A stretch of 52,839 nt of DNA from Clostridiales bacterium (GCA_012839235.1 DUNS01000074.1:1-52839); one strand, 5' to 3'; counted from the first letter of the stretch, positions 36,400 through 46,728 are shown. Numbers and translations: made by a program. The notes: a model not told the origin generated them from the letters alone.

Positions 36400-38433
36400 A
36401 TGAAGAAGAATGATATAGCTGTTGGTTTGTATTTATTAGTTGCAATTGTTTTCTTAATTGTACCTATGAATAAAACTATTCTAGATGTACTACTTGCTTT
36501 TAATATAGCTCTTTCTTTAGTTATCCTTTTAAATGCTATGTTTACTAAGGAAGTCCTTGGTATGTCTGCATTTCCTACCTTGCTATTATTAACAACTGTT
36601 TTTCGTATTTCTTTAAATGTATCCAGTACTAAATTAATACTAACTACAGGAGACCCTGGTAACATTGTTAAGGTATTTGGTGATGTTGTTGGTGGGGGAG
36701 ACTTAGTAATAGGTATAATCGTCTTCATTGTTCTAATACTTGTTCAATTCTTAGTTATTAACAAGGGTTCTGAGCGTGTGTCTGAGGTAACAGCTAGATT
36801 TACACTTGATGCTATGCCAGGTAAGCAGATGGCAATTGATGCAGACCTTAATACTGGTGCCATTACAGATGCAGAAGCCAAAGCTCGTAGAGAGAAAATT
36901 CAAGATGAGGCCACTTTCTTTGGTTCAATGGATGGTGCTACAAAGTATGTTAAGGGAGATGCTACAGCTGGTCTTATCATGACAATTATCAATCTTGCTG
37001 GTGGTACCGTATTAGGTATGATGAATCTTGGTTTACCTGCCATGGAGGCTTTTCAAAAATATGCGATTCTTACCATAGGTAATGGCCTTGTTAACCAGGT
37101 TCCTTCACTGATGATATCACTTGCAACAGGACTTTTGGTTACTAAGGTGTCTAAAGAAGCTGACTTTGGTGATATTCTTGTTAGACAATTATTTTCCATA
37201 CCTAAGGTTTTGTATATGGTAGGTGCAGCCATGGTCCTTATGGGAGTTACCATGCCCCTTAATACATTTATGTTTATGAGCTATGGATTAATATTTGTAC
37301 TAGCTGGCCGAAGAATTTCAGAGAGAATCGAAATTGCTGAAATAGAGCATGAAGTATCGGCAGAAGAGGCTTCAGCCGATGAAATCAGAAGACCCGAGAA
37401 TGTTTCATCCTTACTTCAAGTGGATCCTATTGAGTTGGAATTCGGCTATGGAATAATACCTTTGGCTGATGCCAATCAAGGTGGAGATCTACTTGATCGT
37501 GTGGTTCTAATTAGAAGACAGGTTGCCCTTGAATTAGGTTGTGTTGTGCCAATGATTCGATTAAGGGATAATATACAGTTGAACCCTAATCAATATATTA
37601 TTAAAATCAAGGGAATTCAAGTAAGTGAAGGTGAAATACTATTTGATCACTATATGGCCATGAATCCAGGATATGTAGAAGAAGAAATATCAGGTATTCC
37701 TACATATGAACCTTCATTTAATCTACCTGCAATATGGATAACAGAAAGTCAAAGGGAGAGAGCAGAAAGCTTAGGCTATACTGTTGTTGATCCTCCCTCT
37801 ATTATTGCAACACATCTGACAGAGGTTATAAGAAGTCATATCCATGAATTACTTAGTAGACAGGATGTACAAAATCTTGTTAGTAATATTCAAGAAGCTA
37901 ATGAAGCACTTATTACGGAATTGGTACCTAAGCTTCTTAATATTGGAGAGATACAGAAGGTATTACAGAATTTGCTACGTGAAGGTATTTCAATTAGGGA
38001 CTTGGTTACCATATTTGAAACATTAGCTGATTATGCCCCAACAACCAGAGATACAGATGTCTTAACAGAATATGTAAGGCAAAGCTTGAAACGAGCAATT
38101 TCAAGTAAGTATTTCCCTGCTGGTGAAATGACTAATGTGGTTACCCTTGATCCTAAAGTAGAGCAGGAGATTATGGGCTCAGTTAAGCAAACTGAACAGG
38201 GGGCTTATCTTACTTTGGATCCTGAAGTGACAGGAAAAATCATGGAATCAGTACAGGTGGAACTTAACAAATTAGAGGAACTGGGCAAAAATCCAATCAT
38301 TATTACCTCTCCAATTGTTAGGATGTACTTTAAAAGACTTACACAGGATTATTTTAAGGACTTAATTATTGTGTCATATAATGAGATAGATTCTAACGTT
38401 GAACTGCAGTCAATAGGGATGGTGACAGTATAA
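36400..38433 (+). CDS. flhA: Flagellar export protein FlhA
   Basis: FPTLLL, RVSEVTARFTLDAMPGKQMAIDADL, MDGATKYVKGDA, IRLRDN. ATG 36400 preferred over 36376. Confidence 0.97.
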   Translation: MKKNDIAVGLYLLVAIVFLIVPMNKTILDVLLAFNIALSLVILLNAMFTKEVLGMSAFPTLLLLTTVFRISLNVSSTKLILTTGDPGNIVKVFGDVVGGGDLVIGIIVFIVLILVQFLVINKGSERVSEVTARFTLDAMPGKQMAIDADLNTGAITDAEAKARREKIQDEATFFGSMDGATKYVKGDATAGLIMTIINLAGGTVLGMMNLGLPAMEAFQKYAILTIGNGLVNQVPSLMISLATGLLVTKVSKEADFGDILVRQLFSIPKVLYMVGAAMVLMGVTMPLNTFMFMSYGLIFVLAGRRISERIEIAEIEHEVSAEEASADEIRRPENVSSLLQVDPIELEFGYGIIPLADANQGGDLLDRVVLIRRQVALELGCVVPMIRLRDNIQLNPNQYIIKIKGIQVSEGEILFDHYMAMNPGYVEEEISGIPTYEPSFNLPAIWITESQRERAESLGYTVVDPPSIIATHLTEVIRSHIHELLSRQDVQNLVSNIQEANEALITELVPKLLNIGEIQKVLQNLLREGISIRDLVTIFETLADYAPTTRDTDVLTEYVRQSLKRAISSKYFPAGEMTNVVTLDPKVEQEIMGSVKQTEQGAYLTLDPEVTGKIMESVQVELNKLEELGKNPIIITSPIVRMYFKRLTQDYFKDLIIVSYNEIDSNVELQSIGMVTV

Positions 38434-39632
38434 TGAATATAAAAAAATTTCAAGCCAATACGGAAACTGAAGCTATGATTCTTGCCAAAGAGGAGATGGG
38501 CAAGGATGCTATTGTGATGAATATTAAAACTATATCCCCGAAAGGTATTTATAAATTTTTTCGAAAGCCAGTGGTAGAAATAACAGCAGCTGTAGATGAT
38601 ACTCCGGTTGAACTTAAGGAGGTATCACAATCAGAACCATTGATTAAGCCTCGCAAAATATTAAATCCAGATATTATATATGATGATCCAATAGATACAG
38701 AATTTGGTATAAATAGATTCGATAATTCTGAAGAACCATCTGCAATAGAACAGAAGCTTAATAATCTGCAAACCCTTTTAGAAAAACAACTAATCGCTAA
38801 GGAGGCAGAAGAAGTGAATAGTCAAAAAGTCTCTGAAAAGAATAATAGCTTCTCCTGTATTCAACTAATATATAATCAACTTATTAATAATGAAGTTGAT
38901 GAAGTATATGCCAACCAGATTATGAGTGAAATTGATGGGACTTTAAAAAGGGATGCCTCAATTGATAAAATTTTAGCCAGTGTGTATCAAAAAATAGTCT
39001 TAAAGCTTGGACAAGCTAAATCAATAGACTTGTCTTCTAAGCATCCTAAATTTGTATTTTTCATAGGACCAACAGGAGTTGGTAAAACAACAACAATCGC
39101 CAAAATCGCTTCTTTATATAAGATTGAAAAAAATGCTAAAATTGCCTTTTTAACAGCTGACACATATAGAATTGCTGCCGTTGATCAACTTAGAACATAT
39201 GCTAATATTCTTGGTATGCCGGTTGATGTAATCTATACTGTAGAGGATATGAAAAAAGCCCAGGATACCTACAAGGACTACGACATTGTTTTTGTAGACA
39301 CTGCTGGACGTTCCCATCGAAATCTTGAACAAAGGGATGACATTGAGAAGCTTTTGAACTCAGTACCTGATGGGAATAAAGAGATTTATCTTGTATTAAG
39401 TATAACTACTAAATATAAAGATCTAATAAAAATGACTGAGGTTTATTCAGATATTACTAAATACAATCTGATATTTACTAAATTAGACGAAACCTGCAGC
39501 TTAGGCAATATTTTTAACATACGAATGTTGACTAATGCTCCTTTATCATATGTTACCTATGGACAAAATGTACCTGATGATATCGAGAAAATTGATGCCC
39601 AAAGTATTGCTAAGAAGTTATTACGGGGATAA
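38433..39632 (+). CDS. flhF: SRP-family GTPase FlhF
   Basis: GPTGVGKTTTIAKIA, DTYRIAA, DTAGRS, TKLDET, GQNVPDDI. Confidence 0.96.
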   Translation: MNIKKFQANTETEAMILAKEEMGKDAIVMNIKTISPKGIYKFFRKPVVEITAAVDDTPVELKEVSQSEPLIKPRKILNPDIIYDDPIDTEFGINRFDNSEEPSAIEQKLNNLQTLLEKQLIAKEAEEVNSQKVSEKNNSFSCIQLIYNQLINNEVDEVYANQIMSEIDGTLKRDASIDKILASVYQKIVLKLGQAKSIDLSSKHPKFVFFIGPTGVGKTTTIAKIASLYKIEKNAKIAFLTADTYRIAAVDQLRTYANILGMPVDVIYTVEDMKKAQDTYKDYDIVFVDTAGRSHRNLEQRDDIEKLLNSVPDGNKEIYLVLSITTKYKDLIKMTEVYSDITKYNLIFTKLDETCSLGNIFNIRMLTNAPLSYVTYGQNVPDDIEKIDAQSIAKKLLRG

Positions 39633-39749
39633 TGTGAATTAAAAAGACAATTCACACAGAAGAACTACGAAGTTCGCACAATGGTGCTCACTCCTTGTTC
39701 TTCCGGGTTTTGAACTGCATCAAAGATGCAGTTTGTAGGGAAAGGAATG
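39630..39749 (+). repeat. Family 2 repeat, flhF-flhG copy (H1-H3 hairpins, module C, tail)
   Basis: TGTGAATT/AATTCACA, GAACT/AGTTC, GCAC/GTGC, AACTGCATC/GATGCAGTT; tail GCAGTTTGTAGGGAAAGGAATG. Confidence 0.88.
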
Positions 39750-39757
39750 TTTATTAA

Positions 39758-40642
39758 ATGGACCAGGCGCAAAGACTCAGAGAATTAGTCAAGGCTAATA
39801 ATTCACCTAAAATATCAGCAAGGGTAATTACCGTAACTAGTGGTAAAGGGGGAGTAGGCAAATCAAGTATATCTCTCAATCTTGCTATTGCACTAACTCA
39901 TGAAGGTAACCGAGTTGTTATTATAGATGGAGATTTTGGACTGGCCAATGTGGAAGTAATGTTAGGAATACATCCAACCTACAATTTATCTGACTTGATT
40001 TATCGAAATAAAAGTGTAACTGAGATTATTACTAAGGGACCTGAAGGTATAGGATTTATATCAGGTGGATCTGGTATTCAGGAGATGAATGACCTAACTA
40101 AAGATCAGATTACCTATATGATAAAGAAGCTGGCGCAATTAGATGAGTTGGCAGATATAATATTGATTGATACAGGGGCAGGCATCACTAATTCTGTATT
40201 GGAATTTGTTGCTGCAAGTTCTGAGGTTCTTCTTGTGACTACTCCTGAACCAACCTCCATAACTGACGCCTATGCCTTGCTTAAAACATTAAATCGTAGA
40301 TCTGATTTTAATATTAAAGATATAAATATAAGAATGATTTCAAACCGCGTTTCCTCTGAAGAGGAAGGAATTGATCTATATAGGAAGCTAAACACGGTTG
40401 CAGATAGATTTCTTCATTTGAAAATGGACTACTTAGGTTCTGTTATTCAGGAGGCCAATGTTTCTAGAGCTGTTATGCATCAAAAACCAGCCATAATGTT
40501 ATACCCTAATATGCAATTTTCCAAGAAAATTAGAACATTTGCAAAGGTATTATGTGAAAATAATAATCTTCAAGGAGAGGACAGAGGGGGAATTGCGCAA
40601 TTATTTTCAAGATTACTTCTATCAAGAAGTAAGAAGAATTAG
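39758..40642 (+). CDS. flhG: MinD-like ATPase FlhG
   Basis: MDQAQRLR N-terminus, SGKGGVGKS, DTGAG, TPEPTSITDAY. Confidence 0.95.
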   Translation: MDQAQRLRELVKANNSPKISARVITVTSGKGGVGKSSISLNLAIALTHEGNRVVIIDGDFGLANVEVMLGIHPTYNLSDLIYRNKSVTEIITKGPEGIGFISGGSGIQEMNDLTKDQITYMIKKLAQLDELADIILIDTGAGITNSVLEFVAASSEVLLVTTPEPTSITDAYALLKTLNRRSDFNIKDINIRMISNRVSSEEEGIDLYRKLNTVADRFLHLKMDYLGSVIQEANVSRAVMHQKPAIMLYPNMQFSKKIRTFAKVLCENNNLQGEDRGGIAQLFSRLLLSRSKKN

Positions 40643-40646
40643 TTAA

Positions 40647-40675
40647 TTGTATTTTGGCAATTCCTGTTGTATAGT
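40647..40675 (+). promoter_or_regulatory. Candidate internal sigma-A promoter before the PilZ and che genes
   Basis: TTGTAT-17 nt-TATAGT. Confidence 0.4.
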
Positions 40676-40719
40676 ATATATAAAACAATACTTACAAATT
40701 TGTTGATAGGAGGGGTGTA

Positions 40720-41478
40720 ATGTTGAAAAATATAGTATTAATTGGAGATAAAATTCACATAAGACCTCTAGCTCGTAATGGCAAGCCTATAAAAAATTCT
40801 CCACTCCTTGTTAGTCAGCTTACTGAATACGGTACTGACGGTATTATTAATATAGCTGCACCTATAGCTAATAATACGGTCATTCGCTTGAGAAAGGGAA
40901 TGGATTATCTTCTGTATTTTTATACTGATAAAGGATTATATTCATGCCGTGCAGAAGTAATTGATAATGTAAAAGATAATAAGGTTATCATCACAAGAGT
41001 AAGGCTATCCTCTGATTTAGAAAAGATACAGCGCAGGCAGTTTTATCGCCTAGAGTTGATACACGATATAGAATATAGAATCGTCACTGCTGAAGAAGAA
41101 ATATTAACGGAAAAAGTCATTAGTAATGATGGAACTGATGAGGAGATAGAGGATTATAAAAAAAGATTAGCTGAGCTTGATAGACTTTGGGATAAGGTTT
41201 CTATTACTGATTTAAGTGGTGGAGGAACGAGATTTAATACTGATAAGATATATAATCCTGGTGATAAAATCCTGATAAGATTGGAGTTTGTTTCGGCAGG
41301 TACATATAAAAATCTAGAGTTACTAGGAATTATTCTATCTGCTACAGAACTCTATAATGATCTTGGGACCATAGAATATAGAATTGAATTTAAGGATATG
41401 GATAAGAAAGATAGAGAAGAATTGATAAAGTATATTTTTGAAGAGGAACGTCGAAGGAGAAAAAATGAAAAAGCCTAG
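40720..41478 (+). CDS. YcgR/MotI-like PilZ-domain flagellar brake protein
   Basis: QRRQFYR (RxxxR) and DLSGGG (DxSxxG) c-di-GMP-binding motifs. Confidence 0.9.
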   Translation: MLKNIVLIGDKIHIRPLARNGKPIKNSPLLVSQLTEYGTDGIINIAAPIANNTVIRLRKGMDYLLYFYTDKGLYSCRAEVIDNVKDNKVIITRVRLSSDLEKIQRRQFYRLELIHDIEYRIVTAEEEILTEKVISNDGTDEEIEDYKKRLAELDRLWDKVSITDLSGGGTRFNTDKIYNPGDKILIRLEFVSAGTYKNLELLGIILSATELYNDLGTIEYRIEFKDMDKKDREELIKYIFEEERRRRKNEKA

Positions 41479-41494
41479 AATAGAAAGGTAGAAT

Positions 41495-42595
41495 ATGATA
41501 AAAAATATTTTAATTGTTGATGACTCTGCACTTATGAGAAGGGTGTTATCTGATATAATTAATAAAGATGTACGGTTCCATGTTTCTGAATATGCAACTA
41601 ACGGCCTTGAAGCCTTAGATATTATGAAATCAAGGGCTAAAGAATTCGATGCTGTTCTTCTTGATATTAATATGCCTAAGATGAATGGTATTGAATTTCT
41701 AGAAAAACTTAATGAACATGATATCAAGGCAACTGTAATTATTGTAAGTACAATTGCTAAAAAGGACGCTAGAGAAACTATTACTGCATTGGAACTGGGT
41801 GCATTTGATTTTATAACAAAGCCAGAAAGCTATGTTGAAGTTAATAGTAATCAATTTGCTGATCGAATACTTAAACGCCTTACTTTCGCAACAAAAGCCG
41901 AAGAGATTGAAGAGTCTGAAGATGAGCTGGCTTGCGGTTTAACAGAAGAGGAACCAAAAGACAGCAAGAAAGGTAAAAGTGGTAAAGCCAAACCTGTAAC
42001 TGACAGCAAGACTGGTGGTAAGCTTGTAGCTTTAGCTTGCTCAACCGGTGGACCCAAGGCCTTGCACACTTTAATACCTGCGTTACCTGCCAACCTAGAT
42101 GCTCCTATGCTCATAGTACAGCATATGCCAAGTGGATTTACTAAATCACTTGCGGACAGGCTTAATGAGATAAGCCCGATAAAGGTTAAGGAAGCTGATG
42201 ATGGTGATGTATTAGAAAAGGGAACTGTCTATATTGCTAAAGGCGGGCACCAGATGAGGGCTGTTAAAAAGCGTAATGGTGAATACTATTTAAAGGTAAC
42301 TAAGGAATCAGCAAGACGTGGTTTACTACCCTGCGCAGACATTATGTATGAATCGCTTACAGACTTAGATTATGATCATATTGTATGTGTTGTACTTACT
42401 GGTATGGGCGGGGACGGAACAGCAGGAATAAAAAAACTTAACAAAAGTAAAAATATTTATGTGATTGCACAAGATGAAAAAACCAGTGTTGTTTATGGTA
42501 TGCCAAAGGTTATTAAGGAGTCAGGACTAGTTAATGAGGTTCTTCCCTTAACTGAAATCGCTGATGCAATCACTAAGAAGGCGGGGGTGCATTAA
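41495..42595 (+). CDS. cheB: Chemotaxis methylesterase CheB
   Basis: N-terminal receiver domain; CSTGGP, VQHMP, LTGMG.DG, VYGMPK. Confidence 0.96.
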   Translation: MIKNILIVDDSALMRRVLSDIINKDVRFHVSEYATNGLEALDIMKSRAKEFDAVLLDINMPKMNGIEFLEKLNEHDIKATVIIVSTIAKKDARETITALELGAFDFITKPESYVEVNSNQFADRILKRLTFATKAEEIEESEDELACGLTEEEPKDSKKGKSGKAKPVTDSKTGGKLVALACSTGGPKALHTLIPALPANLDAPMLIVQHMPSGFTKSLADRLNEISPIKVKEADDGDVLEKGTVYIAKGGHQMRAVKKRNGEYYLKVTKESARRGLLPCADIMYESLTDLDYDHIVCVVLTGMGGDGTAGIKKLNKSKNIYVIAQDEKTSVVYGMPKVIKESGLVNEVLPLTEIADAITKKAGVH

Positions 42596-44668
42596 ATGGA
42601 CGTAGGTCAATACCTAGAAATATTTATTGATGAAACAAAAGAGCATCTGCAAAGCTTAAATGAACACCTATTAATTCTAGAAAAAGAACCGGATAATGAT
42701 AACACTATTAATGAGATTTTCCGGGCGGCCCATTCTTTGAAGGGAATGGCTGGAACTATGGGTTATAAGCTTATGCAGCGTTTGACTCATGACATGGAGA
42801 ATGTTTTTTCAGAAGTACGTAATGGTCACCTGAAGGTTAATTCTAATATGGTAGACGTATTATTTCGTGGATTAGATGCCTTGGAGACATACCTGGCTAA
42901 TATTATTGAAAGCTCCAATGAAGGTGATGATGACAATGAGGACATTCTTAAGGACTTAAACAATTTCCTTCAGGAAGGTGGAGCTTCTGAAACAAAAGAA
43001 GAAGCTACAAAGAATAATGATCGAGCTCCAGTATCATATGATAATGATAAGTATAAATTTAAGAATCTTAAATTCGAAGACCATGAGAAGCGTGCTATTT
43101 TAAGAGCAGGAGAAATGGGTCTGAGTGTTATTGGATTAACAGTATATATTCAGGAAACTTGCATGCTCAAGGGTGCAAGAGCATTTATGATCAATCGTAA
43201 CCTAGAAGAGCATGGTGAAATCATTAAATTAGATCCAAGTGCGCAAGATATAGAAGATGAAAAATATGATTTTGTATATTCTGCTTTTGTCATAACAAAG
43301 GAAAAGCCTGAAACCTTGATTAGTGTAGCATCAAGCGTTTCGGAGGTAAAGGAAGTTGTAGCAGATTATATTACAATATCTGATGAAGACAAAGCAACTT
43401 TAGCTGCATCAGCTAAGCTTGTTAAGGATACACAAGGTAAAGGAACTAAGGACAGTGGATCCTTGAAGGCAAGCGGTGCTACCACTGCTCAGAAGACTAC
43501 TGCAAAGCCAGTTGTTAATCGCTCTGTTCGAGTTGACATTGATAAGCTTGATGTTTTGATGAACTTAGTTAGTGAGTTGATTATTGCGAAGAATGGATTG
43601 GTTTCAATCAGCAGTGAGAATGAGATTAGTACAGATTCTGCATATCATGAGCAATTAGAATATCTTGAGAGAATAACTACTAATCTTCATGAATCAGTTA
43701 TGAAGACTCGAATGGTTCCAATAGAGAGTGTTGTTAATCGTTTCCCTAGAATGATAAGGGATATTTCCAAGAAGATGAATAAGGACATGGAATTATATAT
43801 GTCTGGTGAAGATACTGAGCTTGACCGTACAGTTATTGATGAGATTGGCGATCCTTTAATGCATTTGCTTCGTAATGCTGCTGATCATGGTTTGGAAGAT
43901 AATGACGTTCGGGAAAAGGCAGGTAAGAATCCTAAAGGTTCAATCTTCCTTGACGCTTATCAAGAGGGCAATAATGTAGTCATCGAGGTAAGAGATGATG
44001 GTGGTGGAATTAACGTTGAGAATGTTAGGCAGAAGGCAATAGATAAAGGTAATATAACAGTAGAACAAGCAGATAGAATGTCTGAGAAGGATATAATTGA
44101 TCTACTTTTCCGTCCAAGTTTTTCAACTGCAGAGCAAGTTTCAGAAATTTCAGGACGAGGTGTTGGTCTTGATGTAGTTAAAACTAAGATTGAAACTCTT
44201 GGTGGTGAAATAGAAGCAAAGACAAAACTAGGAGAGGGAACTAACTTTATCATTCGTCTACCTCTTACTCTGGCAATTATTCAAGCTCTTATGGTGATAA
44301 TTGGCGATGAGAAATATGCTCTTCCTCTAGGAAGTATTCAAACTGTTGAGAATGTGAAGGTTTCTGATATCAGACAGGTTGAAGGAAAAGACGTTATTAA
44401 TCTTAGAGGGCATGTTGTTCCTATCATTTATCTAAGTCAGGTTTTAGATTGCAAGACTTCTGATGAAAAACAGGATGAATTATTGGTAGCTATAGTTAAG
44501 AAGGGTGAGCGTCTAGGCGGAATGGTAGTTGATGCCTTGATTGGGCAACAGGAAATTGTTATTAAGTCCATTGGTAAGTATATAAAGAGTTCAAAACTTA
44601 TTAGTGGTGCAACTGTTCTCGGTAACGGTGAAGTGGCATTGATTCTAGATGTGAATTCTTTGGTATAG
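42596..44668 (+). CDS. cheA: Chemotaxis histidine kinase CheA
   Basis: IFRAAHSLKG (Hpt), HLLRNAADHG, DDGGG, SGRGVGLDVV, C-terminal CheW-like domain. Confidence 0.98.
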   Translation: MDVGQYLEIFIDETKEHLQSLNEHLLILEKEPDNDNTINEIFRAAHSLKGMAGTMGYKLMQRLTHDMENVFSEVRNGHLKVNSNMVDVLFRGLDALETYLANIIESSNEGDDDNEDILKDLNNFLQEGGASETKEEATKNNDRAPVSYDNDKYKFKNLKFEDHEKRAILRAGEMGLSVIGLTVYIQETCMLKGARAFMINRNLEEHGEIIKLDPSAQDIEDEKYDFVYSAFVITKEKPETLISVASSVSEVKEVVADYITISDEDKATLAASAKLVKDTQGKGTKDSGSLKASGATTAQKTTAKPVVNRSVRVDIDKLDVLMNLVSELIIAKNGLVSISSENEISTDSAYHEQLEYLERITTNLHESVMKTRMVPIESVVNRFPRMIRDISKKMNKDMELYMSGEDTELDRTVIDEIGDPLMHLLRNAADHGLEDNDVREKAGKNPKGSIFLDAYQEGNNVVIEVRDDGGGINVENVRQKAIDKGNITVEQADRMSEKDIIDLLFRPSFSTAEQVSEISGRGVGLDVVKTKIETLGGEIEAKTKLGEGTNFIIRLPLTLAIIQALMVIIGDEKYALPLGSIQTVENVKVSDIRQVEGKDVINLRGHVVPIIYLSQVLDCKTSDEKQDELLVAIVKKGERLGGMVVDALIGQQEIVIKSIGKYIKSSKLISGATVLGNGEVALILDVNSLV

Positions 44669-44680
44669 GGGGTGTTATAC

Positions 44681-45133
44681 ATGGCTGCAGAAGTATCAAA
44701 ACAATATATAATTATATATCTTAACAATATTCCACATGCTATTGAGATAAAATACATAGAGAGTATTATAGTAATGCAGAACATCACTCGTATACCTAAA
44801 GCACAATCGTATTTTAAGGGAGTGATAAACCTTAGAGGTGATGTTGTGCCTGTTATGAGCCTAAGACTTAGACTTAAGATGGATGAATGTGATTATACAA
44901 ATTCAACTCGTATAATAATCTTGAAGCTTGAGGAGCATGGAGCCCCTGTGGGTGTTATTGTAGATGCTGTAAAGGAAGTAATAAGCTTAGATGATTCTGA
45001 TATTGAAAAACTTAGCTATGATGAAACAGAGGAAAAAGCAAGCAATAGTCTTGGTATTGGCAAATATAAGGATGAACTAATTAGTATTCTTAATGTTCCA
45101 TCAATAATTGGTGGAGAAAAGAAGAATGATTAA
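44681..45133 (+). CDS. cheW: Chemotaxis adaptor CheW
   Basis: KGVINLRGDVVPV, GVIVDAVKEV. Confidence 0.95.
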   Translation: MAAEVSKQYIIIYLNNIPHAIEIKYIESIIVMQNITRIPKAQSYFKGVINLRGDVVPVMSLRLRLKMDECDYTNSTRIIILKLEEHGAPVGVIVDAVKEVISLDDSDIEKLSYDETEEKASNSLGIGKYKDELISILNVPSIIGGEKKND

Positions 45134-45168
45134 GATTGTAAGTAATGGATTATGAGGAGGTGCTTGTA

Positions 45169-45792
45169 GTGTCCCATATTGATTTAAATAAGATTGATAA
45201 TATGCAATATGATGTTCTTAGGGAAATAGGGAATATAGGTGCGGGGAATGCTACTACAGCACTCTCCCAGATGATTAATGCCAAGATAGATATGAAGGTA
45301 CCCAATGTTGAATTGCTGGAATTTAAATATCTATCAGATATTATAGGTGGAGCAGAAAATATTGTTGTAGGAATTCTATTTACTTTACAAGGGCAAATTG
45401 ATGGTATGATGATGTTCATGATGGATCTACCTGCTTCTCATCATCTTGTTAATACATTGATGGGGAAATCGGATGTAGATAATTCTGAGGATGATTTTAC
45501 AGAAATTGAACTGTCGGCTCTGAACGAAATAGGTAATATTATTGCTGGTGCCTATCTTTCGTCTCTGTCGGCGCTTACTAATATAACAATTACTTCCAGC
45601 GTTCCGTATATGTCAATTGACATGGCAGGGGCAATACTAAGTGTGCCTGCCATTGAGTTTGGTAAAGTTGGTGATAAGGCTCTTCTAATTGAAACTGAAT
45701 TTGGGGATGATATGAACACGGTTAATGGATATTTTATCTTAATACCTTCTTTAGAGTCTTACAGCGTTATATTATCATCATTAGGGTTATAA
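45169..45792 (+). CDS. cheC: Chemotaxis phosphatase CheC
   Basis: DVLREIGNIGAGNATTALS, SALNEIGNI. GTG start follows GAGGAGGTG. Confidence 0.95.
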   Translation: MSHIDLNKIDNMQYDVLREIGNIGAGNATTALSQMINAKIDMKVPNVELLEFKYLSDIIGGAENIVVGILFTLQGQIDGMMMFMMDLPASHHLVNTLMGKSDVDNSEDDFTEIELSALNEIGNIIAGAYLSSLSALTNITITSSVPYMSIDMAGAILSVPAIEFGKVGDKALLIETEFGDDMNTVNGYFILIPSLESYSVILSSLGL

Positions 45793-45801
45793 GGTGGAAC
45801 A

Positions 45802-46287
45802 ATGAACGAAATGATAAAAGTAGGTATGGCAGACTTAAATGTATGTGTCGCACCTAACTCAATTACGACCTTAGGTCTTGGTTCCTGTGTGGGGATAATT
45901 CTATACGATCAAAGGAATAAGATTGCAGGTTTGGCACATGTGATGTTGCCAGATAGTACTAAAATTTCGAATAACGAGAACAAAGCTAAATTTGCAGATA
46001 CAGGTATAGACGAACTGATTAATCGTATGAAGGTAATCGGGGCTAATCCCAGAGGACTAGTTGCTAAGATCGCCGGGGGGGCCCAGATGTTTGCCTTCAG
46101 TAAGAATAACGATATGATGCGTATTGGTGACCGTAATGTTGAGGCAACTAAAGCAAAACTCAATGAGCTTAGTATCCCTATATTAGCCGAGGATACGGGG
46201 CTTAACTATGGTAGGACGATTGAATTTTATCCTGAAACAGGAGAATTACATATTAAATCTGTAGGTAAAGAACGTAAAGTAATTTGA
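45802..46287 (+). CDS. cheD: Chemoreceptor glutamine deamidase CheD
   Basis: LGLGSCVG, AHVMLP, KIAGGAQMF, IGDRN, GRTI. Confidence 0.96.
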   Translation: MNEMIKVGMADLNVCVAPNSITTLGLGSCVGIILYDQRNKIAGLAHVMLPDSTKISNNENKAKFADTGIDELINRMKVIGANPRGLVAKIAGGAQMFAFSKNNDMMRIGDRNVEATKAKLNELSIPILAEDTGLNYGRTIEFYPETGELHIKSVGKERKVI

Positions 46288-46299
46288 TTTTCCCGTAAG

Positions 46300-46410
46300 A
46301 AAGGTGAGCAAAGTTTGAATTATATTCAAGCACAAGCTTGCTTGGAAAATGCAAACGGGCACTGGAATTGGAGAGGCTCCCATAAGGCGTGCTTCTTCAG
46401 GTTTATAACC
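46300..46410 (+). repeat. Family 2 repeat, degenerate copy after cheD (module B)
   Basis: CAAAGTTTG, CAAGCTTGCTTG (46333-46344), and CATAAGGCGTGCTTCTTCA resembling CATGAAGTGTTTTCTTCA of the 27.4 kb copy. Confidence 0.55.
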
Positions 46411-46452
46411 TAGGAAATGATATATCGAAATCATAGATAAGCAGGTGAAACT

Positions 46453-46704
46453 ATGTGGACAGAATATCTACCGGCATTAATTATGCTTATTGCTGGTGCA
46501 ATAACAAGTATTGTAAATATTATTAATAAAGTAGAGCTAGTGGCTTCCCTAAAGGGATTATTAGTGGTATTAATTATTTTTTATATACTTGGCCTAGTTA
46601 CAAGGTCAGTTGTAGAAAAAACTCTGGAGGAAAGAAAAGAGCCAGAGAATGATGATACTGATGAAGTTGAAGATGTATCAGATGAAATTAATAACCCGGA
46701 ATAA
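46453..46704 (+). CDS. Small two-TM hypothetical membrane protein
   Basis: 83 aa, two hydrophobic helices and an acidic tail; SD AGGTGA; in the operon between cheD and fliA. Confidence 0.75.
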   Translation: MWTEYLPALIMLIAGAITSIVNIINKVELVASLKGLLVVLIIFYILGLVTRSVVEKTLEERKEPENDDTDEVEDVSDEINNPE

Positions 46705-46728
46705 TATTTCTAGAAAATAGGAGGCACT

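Noticed and set aside
46355-46380. GGGCACTGG...TGGAG resembling part of a c-di-GMP-II riboswitch
   Set aside because: The pseudoknot partner (AGTGCAACCG-like) is missing.
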